Below are positions 17,808 to 24,991 of a stretch of DNA of 54,463 nt, in pieces; position 1 is the first letter of the stretch; each line of letters starts with the position of its first letter. A program made the translations under genes and the position numbers. The notes beneath the pieces were generated by a model. It was not told where the DNA came from. It searched no databases and worked only from the letters and a program-made list of their open reading frames with translations. Source of the DNA: a virus; the IMG/VR virus record IMGVR_UViG_3300037419_001463, positions 1 to 54,463 of that record. One strand, written 5' to 3'.

Positions 17808-18794
17808 TCAGGACATGACGTAGTAGCTGCTGCCGATGAGCAGCGGCTGCACGTCAGCGGCCAACTGCCCGACGCACTGCGCCAGGAAGGTCGGCTTGTT
17901 GACCAGGCTGATGTCGAGCACCTGGTCGATGCGGCCGGTGCACTGCTTGAGCACACCCTTCGCCTCCGGGCTGGAGTCGTAGTCCGCGATCGTGATGACC
18001 ACGCCCCAGTCCTTCTCGAACAGCGGAGCCAGCTCCTCGTAGTGGGTGCCGCCGTACTCGCCGACCGACAGGATCGTGTCGACGTCGTAGGTCCCCGGCT
18101 CCCAGTACCGGCAGGTGTTGGACACCAGCGCGAAGTGGGCGTTGGCCTGGTAGCTGAGCGCCACCACGTCCTCGATGATGCGCTGGACGGTGCCGGCGTT
18201 GACCGACCCCGAGTCGTCCAGGATCACCAGGTTCTCCGCCTGCCTGGCGTGCGTGACCGAGGCACGGAAGTCCCCGAGCGTGGGCCGCTTGGCGTTCAGC
18301 TTCATCATGTGGCCGAACACCATCGAGCCCTGCTTGCCGGGCAGCCGGTTGAGCACGGCGTCGTTCAGCTTGGCGGCCACGTCCTTGATGGACTGGGCGA
18401 CCGTGACCTCGAGCTGCTCCCACACCTGCGGCAGGATCTCGCCGGCCGGGACCACGGCCTGCCCGGTGACGGCATCACCGAACGAGACCTCGTAGTCGTC
18501 GACGTCGACGATGTCGCAGATGTAGTCCTGCAGCTCGTTGCTGTGGTCCTGGCCCTCGGCGAACAGCGCCTCGGACAGGTCCGACTTCAGCACCTGACGG
18601 AGCAGGTCGGACAGCTGGTAGGCGTCCAGGTCGTAGACCTTGCCGAAGAACAGGATGGTCTCCGTGTCCGGCAGCAGAGCCTTGAGCGTGGCCAGGCTGA
18701 ACCTGAGCCCCGGCTTGATCTCGACCAGGTCGAGGCTGCGCTTCAGCTCAGCTGAAGACATCTTCGTTGAGGATGGCATCGAGGTTGTCGTCAT
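17808..18794 (-). CDS. von Willebrand factor A (vWA) domain protein
   Basis: MIDAS motif LVILDDSGSV (DxSxS). 328 aa. Start is ATG 18794, 18779 or 18761. Paired with the upstream AAA+ gene. Confidence 0.65.
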   Translation of the reverse strand: MTTTSMPSSTKMSSAELKRSLDLVEIKPGLRFSLATLKALLPDTETILFFGKVYDLDAYQLSDLLRQVLKSDLSEALFAEGQDHSNELQDYICDIVDVDDYEVSFGDAVTGQAVVPAGEILPQVWEQLEVTVAQSIKDVAAKLNDAVLNRLPGKQGSMVFGHMMKLNAKRPTLGDFRASVTHARQAENLVILDDSGSVNAGTVQRIIEDVVALSYQANAHFALVSNTCRYWEPGTYDVDTILSVGEYGGTHYEELAPLFEKDWGVVITIADYDSSPEAKGVLKQCTGRIDQVLDISLVNKPTFLAQCVGQLAADVQPLLIGSSYYVMS

Positions 18795-19716
18795 CCGTAG
18801 TGGTTCCCTTCTCGTTGCGGATCTCCTCCATCTCGACGAGCTGAAGGTTGAGATCCCGGTTCAGCCGCTGGACCGGGGTGAGCTTCTCGACCGGCAGCGA
18901 CTTGGCCCGGTCGAGATATGAGCCGGGCAAGGTGGCTGCCTTGCCGTCGAGCAGGAAGACGTACTGCGGCTTGCCGTCCTGCATGGCCCGGGCGTTGTTC
19001 ATCGCCAGCAGCTCCTTGAGTGCAGCCGAGTGCACGTCCCGGAGCTTGGCCTGCCCGATCAGGTTGCGGATGCTGCGGCCCTTGACCAGAGCCGGAGCAC
19101 TGGACTTGTTGGCCAGGCTGTCGAGCACGTCATACATGGGCAGCACCTCACTGGTGAGGAGCTGGTCCATCTCCATGCTGTCCCGCATCTTCGGCAGCAG
19201 GCCGAGCTCGTCGACGACGACCTGGGCCAGCTGCTTCTTGGCGCGCTTCGACTTCCGTGGATCTGGCACCGGGATGTGGTGCAGCCTGTCCTCGAGCGCC
19301 TTGTCGTAGGCGACGGTGGAGTTCGAGGCAGCCAGCATGAACACCGGTGGCAGGTCCAGACCAGCCACCGACCTGCCGGTGATGATGTCGAGCAGCCCGT
19401 TGTACACCTCCGGGAATCCCCGGAGGAACTCGTCGAAGAGGATGATGTCCTTGGGCTTGAGCTGCGTCCACGTAGTGGCGTGCAGCATCTTGAGGATCAT
19501 GTCCTCGCCCGAACCGTTAGGCATCTGAACGCCTTCGAGGTCGAGCGGGTTGAGCCTGCTCACGTTGATCACGTGCACGTTGACACCGACCAGCTTGGCC
19601 AGCTCCCGGACCACGGTGCTCTTGTTACTGCCCGGTGGACCGAACAGATGGGGCACCGGGCTCGTGACACCCGTGGCCATGGCGGTGACGTAGAGCTTGA
19701 GGATTGTCTCGAGCAT
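18748..19716 (-). CDS. MoxR/AAA_5-like AAA+ ATPase
   Basis: Walker A FGPPGSNKST and Walker B IILFDEF. 322 aa. Confidence 0.7.
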   Translation of the reverse strand: MLETILKLYVTAMATGVTSPVPHLFGPPGSNKSTVVRELAKLVGVNVHVINVSRLNPLDLEGVQMPNGSGEDMILKMLHATTWTQLKPKDIILFDEFLRGFPEVYNGLLDIITGRSVAGLDLPPVFMLAASNSTVAYDKALEDRLHHIPVPDPRKSKRAKKQLAQVVVDELGLLPKMRDSMEMDQLLTSEVLPMYDVLDSLANKSSAPALVKGRSIRNLIGQAKLRDVHSAALKELLAMNNARAMQDGKPQYVFLLDGKAATLPGSYLDRAKSLPVEKLTPVQRLNRDLNLQLVEMEEIRNEKGTTTDDDNLDAILNEDVFS

Positions 19717-19763
19717 GTGGTTCCCTTGTCTGAGTCACTTTTCTATGGTGGAGAGATGACTTG

Positions 19764-19796
19764 GAGGGCGGCACCTGTGCTAGAGGTGCCGCCCTC
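19764..19796 (-). other. 13-bp-stem hairpin with CTAGCAC loop
   Basis: GAGGGCGGCACCT-GTGCTAG-AGGTGCCGCCCTC on the plus strand. Lies between the stop at 19805 and the TCTCTCCACCA leader of the AAA+ gene. Confidence 0.6.
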
Positions 19797-19804
19797 TCTT
19801 GTTG

Positions 19805-20293
19805 TCAGGCGCCGACGGTGGGCACGCCGTCGGTGAGCACGCCGTCGAACGCCGGGTCTCCGGCCGGGCCGTCGAACGCCGGCAGCGGGGTGTCCGCCTC
19901 GAGGATCTCGAGCTGATCGTCGCCGACCCAGATCACCCGGCCGGTGCCCCGGTTCTGCTCGATGAGCCGGAGCACGATGCTGTCGTGCGTCAGCTTGACG
20001 AGCTGCTCGGGCTGGGGCGCCTGGCCCTCGACCGCCTCACGCAGCACGACGTAGCTGGCCGGGTCGGCCGGCCGCTCGAGGGTCTTGGCCAGGGTCTCCG
20101 ACGCCTGGACCAGCGGAGCGAAGAACTCCTCGACCGCGGCGTCGAACGCCTCGGCCGCCTGGTCGTAGGCCTTGTCGGCGTTGACCTCGTCCCACTGGGT
20201 GGAGTCGAGGATCGCCTGGCCCTTGTTGCCGAACACGTCGGAGCCGCCGACGAGCACGCGGTTGCCGACGAGACGGGTGGTGGTGAACGTCAT
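19805..20293 (-). CDS. hypothetical protein (162 aa)
   Basis: ORF track; preceded by the CTCCACCACAGAAAGG leader. Confidence 0.65.
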   Translation of the reverse strand: MTFTTTRLVGNRVLVGGSDVFGNKGQAILDSTQWDEVNADKAYDQAAEAFDAAVEEFFAPLVQASETLAKTLERPADPASYVVLREAVEGQAPQPEQLVKLTHDSIVLRLIEQNRGTGRVIWVGDDQLEILEADTPLPAFDGPAGDPAFDGVLTDGVPTVGA

Positions 20294-20362
20294 GGATGAC
20301 GCCTTTCTGTGGTGGAGTGGTTGATCAACCGATGAACGGTGGCGTGCGGACAGAGCGCCCTA

Positions 20363-20530
20363 CTAACGCGGGGCACCCTCTCCGTACACCGACACGGCGC
20401 CGATGACGCCGGCCTCCTTGGCCTTCCTGAACAGGCTGGCCAAGTTGGGGACAGATGCCTGTTGGATCAACGAATCCATCGTCTCATCCGGCACCGACAC
20501 TGCCCCTGCTTCTGCAGTGGTGTCGCTCAC
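20363..20530 (-). CDS. hypothetical mini-protein (55 aa)
   Basis: GTG 20530 overlaps the upstream stop (GTGA). GC3-rich. Not in the track. Confidence 0.4.
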   Translation of the reverse strand: MSDTTAEAGAVSVPDETMDSLIQQASVPNLASLFRKAKEAGVIGAVSVYGEGAPR

Positions 20531-20712
20531 GAGTGAACCCCCTGCAGTCCTGATCCCTGGTTCTCGAAGATCACCAGGTCCACGTCAACGGCGTAGCCGC
20601 TGGCCGTGGTGATGGTGATGCCTCGGCCGGTGGCCTGTGCGGCCGCCAGCTTCTGGATCACCTCGTCCCTGTCCGCCGAGGACGGGACGTCGATCACGAG
20701 CTGGAGCCTCAT
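20527..20712 (-). CDS. hypothetical protein (61 aa)
   Basis: Internal ATG 20712 preceded by GGAAGGGG, overlapping the upstream stop (ATGA). Confidence 0.5.
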   Translation of the reverse strand: MRLQLVIDVPSSADRDEVIQKLAAAQATGRGITITTASGYAVDVDLVIFENQGSGLQGVHS

Positions 20713-20831
20713 CGTCTCCGCCCCTTCCTGTCGTCCGGGTGCAACCCGTTCTTCATGAAGTCCCGCACGGCGTAGGCCAGGATCGGCCAGCCGAGCAGGA
20801 GCAGATGCCTGGCCCTGAGCGGCGGCATCAT
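20709..20831 (-). CDS. hypothetical mini-protein (40 aa, one hydrophobic helix)
   Basis: ATGA overlaps at both ends. Sequence MMPPLRARHLLLLGWPILAYAV... Confidence 0.35.
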   Translation of the reverse strand: MMPPLRARHLLLLGWPILAYAVRDFMKNGLHPDDRKGRRR

Positions 20832-20902
20832 CGTCGTGACTGCCATTCGAGCGTGGCGCAGACACCGATCAAGAAGCCGATGATGAAGACGACGCCGATC
20901 AC
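20828..20902 (-). CDS. hydrophobic micro-ORF (24 aa)
   Basis: GTG 20902 overlaps the upstream stop (GTGA). Sequence VIGVVFIIGFLIGVCATLEWQSRR. Confidence 0.3.
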   Translation of the reverse strand: MIGVVFIIGFLIGVCATLEWQSRR

Positions 20903-21702
20903 TCGAGTGCCTCCATGATCGTGTCGAGGCTGTCCTTGTAGTCGATCTTCTTGGCGACCTCGACGAGCTGGTCGATGTTGTCCAGCTCGATGTGGTCAGC
21001 GATCGCTGCGTAGAACTGGCCGAGCGTCTGCTTGTCCTGGTCGAAGTGTGTGGACAGGTAGAGCCACGCCGCCCGGTAGCCGGTGGCGAGATCGTCCTTG
21101 ACCAGGCTCATGTCGTAGCCGTACTGGTAGTACTTGGCGTACCGACCCATCTCGCGCAGCCCGTTGTACTGGCTGATGAATCCGTTGCGCCAGTTGCTCC
21201 GCTTGTTGGGCATCATCGGCAGAGCGATGGACTCCCAGCTCCCGTACTTGATGGCGTCGAGCTCTCGCTCCGGGAACAGGTACGGACGCATGTCTCGGAA
21301 CGTGTCGGTCTCGAGATCCCAGCCCACACCGAGCAGTCCGAAGTCGAACGACTCGAGCACTTCGGCCAGGCTGGTGGCAGCGTGACCTTCGGTCAGCTTG
21401 TACACCAGGTTCGTCTCGATCCCCCCCGGGCTCATGAGACGAAGGCTGTTGGTGTGCCAGTTCTTCATGCCGTACCGAAGCCAGCGCTCCCACACCCGTG
21501 AGAATCGGTCGTCCAGCTTGTAGCCCTGGTCGATCAGGTACTGACCGACCGAGATGAGGACCTGCTGCGTCGGGCAGAACAGGTCGACATCGTGGTAATC
21601 ACCGATGCCGTACGTGTCTGCTGCCACGAGGGAGCCGGCCAGGAAGACCGGCCTCCCCCGCAGCAGCGAGCGCACGTCGGCGATGACAGCCGACGTGGAC
21701 AT
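20899..21702 (-). CDS. nucleotidyltransferase-fold protein (267 aa)
   Basis: FLAGSLVAADTYGIGDYHDVDLF fits the minimal NTase signature G[GS]-x(9-13)-D-x-D. Confidence 0.5.
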   Translation of the reverse strand: MSTSAVIADVRSLLRGRPVFLAGSLVAADTYGIGDYHDVDLFCPTQQVLISVGQYLIDQGYKLDDRFSRVWERWLRYGMKNWHTNSLRLMSPGGIETNLVYKLTEGHAATSLAEVLESFDFGLLGVGWDLETDTFRDMRPYLFPERELDAIKYGSWESIALPMMPNKRSNWRNGFISQYNGLREMGRYAKYYQYGYDMSLVKDDLATGYRAAWLYLSTHFDQDKQTLGQFYAAIADHIELDNIDQLVEVAKKIDYKDSLDTIMEALE

Positions 21703-21703
21703 G

Positions 21704-21985
21704 TCAGACCGCCGCGGCCTCGTCGTCCTCGACGACGGTGAGCGAGGGCTTGGACACGGCCAGGTCCGGCGTCCGCTCGACGATGATCACGAGCTCGGCA
21801 TCGATGCCGTCGAGCTTGGTCTGGCGCTCCTCGATCTGCTCGACGAGCTTGGCCCGCTGCACGTGCAGCTCGTCGTACCGCTTGACGTCCGCCGCCCGGG
21901 CCTTGGCCTCGAGCGCGTCGAGCGTGGCCTTCGCCTTGGCGATGCGCTCCTCGGGCGTGAGCGTCCTGCGCTTGGTGTCACCCAT
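21704..21985 (-). CDS. coiled-coil protein (93 aa)
   Basis: Internal ATG 21985 preceded by the TCTCCACCATCGAAAGG leader. Heptad-like K/E/A-rich sequence. Confidence 0.55.
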   Translation of the reverse strand: MGDTKRRTLTPEERIAKAKATLDALEAKARAADVKRYDELHVQRAKLVEQIEERQTKLDGIDAELVIIVERTPDLAVSKPSLTVVEDDEAAAV

Positions 21986-22031
21986 GTCTGGGTCCTTTCG
22001 ATGGTGGAGAGGTGAAGGTATGAACTGGCAT

Positions 22032-22070
22032 CCGCCGGCCCGACTGAGTGCAAGACAGCCGGGCCGGCGG
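22032..22070 (-). other. 11-bp-stem hairpin whose 17-nt loop contains CTTGCAC
   Basis: Arms CCGCCGGCCCG and CGGGCCGGCGG. Lies between the stop at 22081 and the leader of the 21985 gene. Confidence 0.5.
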
Positions 22071-22080
22071 AGATCGTGGG

Positions 22081-22449
22081 TCAGCGGACCTCGGCCTTCG
22101 CCTTGGCGACGCTGTCGCCCCAGGTCTGGCCGCTGTCCTGCTTGCCCTGGGCTGCGCCCAGCAGCCGACGAGTCCTGCCGTCGGTCTTCAGCTGAGGGAG
22201 GTACTCGTCGAGAGACCACACCCCGATGCCCTCGAGCTCACGGATCAGCTCGAGGTCGACGCCCTTGTAGACCAGGACGTGGCCGACGATGCAACCCGGC
22301 TCGTTGCCGTGCAGGTAGAGGCACTCGTCGTGGCCGTCGGGGCCCCTGTCGTAGACGAAGTCAGCGCCCTTCTCGGCGACGGCTCGGTCGAGCAGCTCGA
22401 CCGCCTCGTCGTAGGTGAGCTCGAGGGTCTCGATGGTTGCAGTGGACAT
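22081..22449 (-). CDS. hypothetical protein (122 aa)
   Basis: ORF track; preceded by the CATCTCTCCACCATCGAAAGGG leader. Confidence 0.65.
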   Translation of the reverse strand: MSTATIETLELTYDEAVELLDRAVAEKGADFVYDRGPDGHDECLYLHGNEPGCIVGHVLVYKGVDLELIRELEGIGVWSLDEYLPQLKTDGRTRRLLGAAQGKQDSGQTWGDSVAKAKAEVR

Positions 22450-22495
22450 GCTGAATCCCTTTCGATGGTGGAGAGATGCGGGTTGCGGTCGAGTG

Positions 22496-22843
22496 CTAGT
22501 CGACCTTGAAGTTCAGGCGCCAGCTGTCGTGTGGTACCCGGGTGAACACGAACTCCCAGCTGAAGCCGAGGCAGTTGGTGTAGCTACGCACCTCCTGCTT
22601 GGTCTCGGGCATACGACCCGAGGCCGGGATCACCCGGTACTCGAGGCGAGTGCCGCGCGAACCGAGGATCTCGTTGACGTGGTAGCGGGAGAACCCCTTG
22701 TGCAGTCCCGTCAGGTGGGTCAGCGTCGGGCAGTGGCCGTCGGGCTCCGAGGCCTGGGCCTCCTTGGCCAGGCCGATGGTCGTGAGCACGACCAAGAGCA
22801 AGGCGACACCGAGGACTGCGCCTCGAGTGAGCGGGTGATTCAT
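22496..22843 (-). CDS. secreted or membrane-anchored protein (115 aa)
   Basis: N-terminal hydrophobic segment GAVLGVALLLVVLTTIGLA followed by KEAQA. Confidence 0.6.
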   Translation of the reverse strand: MNHPLTRGAVLGVALLLVVLTTIGLAKEAQASEPDGHCPTLTHLTGLHKGFSRYHVNEILGSRGTRLEYRVIPASGRMPETKQEVRSYTNCLGFSWEFVFTRVPHDSWRLNFKVD

Positions 22844-22864
22844 CAGAACTCCTTCGTTGAAGGC

Positions 22865-23095
22865 TCATGCGTCCTGGATCAGGAAGCACAGCCGTGGATG
22901 GGCCTTGCCCTTCTGCACGTAGTGCAGATCGCAGAGCGGGCAGATGCGCCAGCCCTTGGGCAGGTTGACCACCGGTGACGGTGGTGCTGGTGGATGAGAT
23001 CGACCACTCGAGATCGAGGGGTTGATCTTGGACCGGATGGCCTGCCGGTTCTTCGGAGTCGGCAGTGCGCACTCGCAGGTAGATGCGGTGATCAT
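22865..23095 (-). CDS. Cys-rich small protein (76 aa)
   Basis: ATG 23095 overlaps the upstream stop (ATGA). CEC ... CPLC pattern. Confidence 0.45.
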   Translation of the reverse strand: MITASTCECALPTPKNRQAIRSKINPSISSGRSHPPAPPSPVVNLPKGWRICPLCDLHYVQKGKAHPRLCFLIQDA

Positions 23096-23307
23096 CACTC
23101 GACTCCGAGCTCGGCGAGCTTGGCCTTGATCTTCTGTGCAGCAGGGTTGGCCATCCCCTTCCACAGGTAGACCTGCTGGTTGGTGGTGAGGTAGCGGCTG
23201 AGCGAGGACTCAGCTGCGACCCGCCGGCCGACCACGCCTGCGGCGTGACGGTGGTGGGTCTCCGAGCTGTGCCCCGCTTGACGCTCACTGGTCAGGTAGT
23301 CGTTCAT
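23095..23307 (-). CDS. hypothetical protein (70 aa)
   Basis: Internal ATG 23307 preceded by the CCTCTCCACCATCGAAGGG leader. Confidence 0.5.
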   Translation of the reverse strand: MNDYLTSERQAGHSSETHHRHAAGVVGRRVAAESSLSRYLTTNQQVYLWKGMANPAAQKIKAKLAELGVE

Positions 23308-23426
23308 CGTGCGTCCCTTCGATGGTGGAGAGGTGGCTGCGCGTCCGATGTCCCCGGTGCTAGCGGGGGCATGCAGCTGATGCCGGCCCACCCGAAGGTG
23401 GCCGGTGATGAGTCCGGTGCTACGGA

Positions 23427-23783
23427 CTAGATGTGGTTCGGACCCGCGCGCACAGGTGTGCACGGGTCGAAGACCCTGCCGTCATGAGACTCGGTCGCCA
23501 CGAGGTGGCGGACGGAGCGAGTCTCCAGAACGTGACGGACTGGTGAGGTCGGCTCGATGGCCGGTGAACTGTGGTCCAGGTGGTTGGCGACATCGTCGCC
23601 ACTCCCCCGGTCGGTGTGCTCGATGTTGGTCGACACGCACGGGACCGGCTGGTACGGTCTGACAAGCTCGGCCTTGCGCGCGAGGCGCATGTCGTCGCCG
23701 ATGCTGTAGCCGGTGGCACCCATGAAGCAGAGGGCGACAGCGATCGCTGCTAGTACAGCTAGCGCTCGCCTCCCCGCCTGCAT
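23427..23783 (-). CDS. membrane or secreted protein (118 aa)
   Basis: Internal ATG 23783. N-terminal RRALAVLAAIAVALCFMGA. The upstream part of the 193-aa track ORF looks non-coding. Confidence 0.5.
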   Translation of the reverse strand: MQAGRRALAVLAAIAVALCFMGATGYSIGDDMRLARKAELVRPYQPVPCVSTNIEHTDRGSGDDVANHLDHSSPAIEPTSPVRHVLETRSVRHLVATESHDGRVFDPCTPVRAGPNHI

Positions 23784-23901
23784 GCCGAGAGTTCTACACC
23801 CGGAGTTTGCCGTCCCCGAAAGTGGGTAGGCAGATCCATTCGAGAACCACTCGACCGGGCTACGGATCCGTAGCCCAGCCGGGTGATGTCGCTGTGTCCG
23901 A

Positions 23902-24024
23902 TCAGTGGATGATGAACCACCAGTCCAGGTCGGGCATGAGCACGGCGAGCATGAGCGCGCACACCGCCGTGCCCCAGGCCAGAATCCTGAGGGCACGGCA
24001 GTAGTCACGCTGCCACTCGTTCAC
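23902..24024 (-). CDS. hydrophobic mini-protein (40 aa)
   Basis: GTG 24024 overlaps the upstream stop (GTGA). Contains LRILAWGTAVCALMLAVLM. Confidence 0.35.
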   Translation of the reverse strand: MNEWQRDYCRALRILAWGTAVCALMLAVLMPDLDWWFIIH

Positions 24025-24371
24025 AGCTCGGGGCAGTCGGGCAGCATGGTGCCGCCGAGCACGCGCTGTGCGTGTGCCACGTTGGCGTTCTCGACCTGAC
24101 CGAGCAGGTTCTCGAGCTCGCCGGCCAGGCGCTGGTTGTATCCGACCAGGTCCTGGTTGTTGATGGTCAGCTGGCGGTTGCGGATCACCAGCCGCTGGCT
24201 GTTGTTGACCTCGAACTGCAGCATGCGCTGCAGGTTGTGCACGTCCGCGATGAGCTGGTGGTTGCGGCTCTTGGTCAGGACCAGCGAGGCCCTGGTCTTG
24301 CGCCGGTCCTCGCTCACCGTGAACAGCGAGGCGAGCAGGACAGCGATGACGAGCAGGCAGACGATGAGCAT
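24021..24371 (-). CDS. membrane-anchored coiled-coil protein (116 aa)
   Basis: Internal ATG 24371 preceded by the CATCTCTCCACCACCTGAAAGG leader. N-terminal MLIVCLLVIAVLLASLF, then a Q/N/L-rich helix. Confidence 0.6.
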   Translation of the reverse strand: MLIVCLLVIAVLLASLFTVSEDRRKTRASLVLTKSRNHQLIADVHNLQRMLQFEVNNSQRLVIRNRQLTINNQDLVGYNQRLAGELENLLGQVENANVAHAQRVLGGTMLPDCPEL

Positions 24372-24698
24372 GGCGTGCGTCCTTTCAGGTGGTGGAGAGA
24401 TGCAAAGAGCCGGCCACACTCACGAATGAATGTGACCGGCTCGGTCTGAACTCTGAAGCCCACACACCTTGGTGGCCCCTTACTCCTCCGGAGAGGAGCC
24501 ACCAGGCGTGGGCGTTATCTCTTGGATACTCCCTTAGAAGCTACTTCTTTTCACTCCCTTGGTTTCCCAATTCCCCAAAGAGTTTCTTCTCTTGGGATCT
24601 ATGCGTAGATCTGGCGCAAGCGTGCGCCGCACCGCAACGGCGGTGGTCGACAGCGTCGACTGAGTGAACCCGAACCAACCGAGTCCACTCCCCCACTG

Positions 24699-24971
24699 TT
24701 ACACGTGTGACTGACCAGGATCGGGAAGATCCTCCAGCCTGAAGGGCTTCGGCTGGAACTGACGCAGCAGCTCCTCACCTTCGGCGAGGCGACGCTGGTG
24801 CTCGTGCCGCTGCCGGCTGAGGCCGAGCTCGTGCTCGAGCATCAGGTCAACGGCGCGACCTACCAGCCAGGAACGGCTGCGGTCCTGCAGCTGCCGCAGG
24901 TCATCGAGACCGCGGAGCTGGAACTCGTCCAAGCGGACCGAGGTGGGTAAGGCGGGCTTGCGCTGGGTCAT
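24699..24971 (-). CDS. ribbon-helix-helix (CopG/Arc/MetJ-type) DNA-binding regulator
   Basis: TSVRLDEFQLRGLDDL...RSWLVGRAV reads as a beta strand plus two helices. ATG 24971, or 24992. First gene of the minus arm, next to the repeat array. Confidence 0.55.
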   Translation of the reverse strand: MTQRKPALPTSVRLDEFQLRGLDDLRQLQDRSRSWLVGRAVDLMLEHELGLSRQRHEHQRRLAEGEELLRQFQPKPFRLEDLPDPGQSHV

Positions 24972-24991
24972 GTCTGCGTCCTCCGGTGCCA

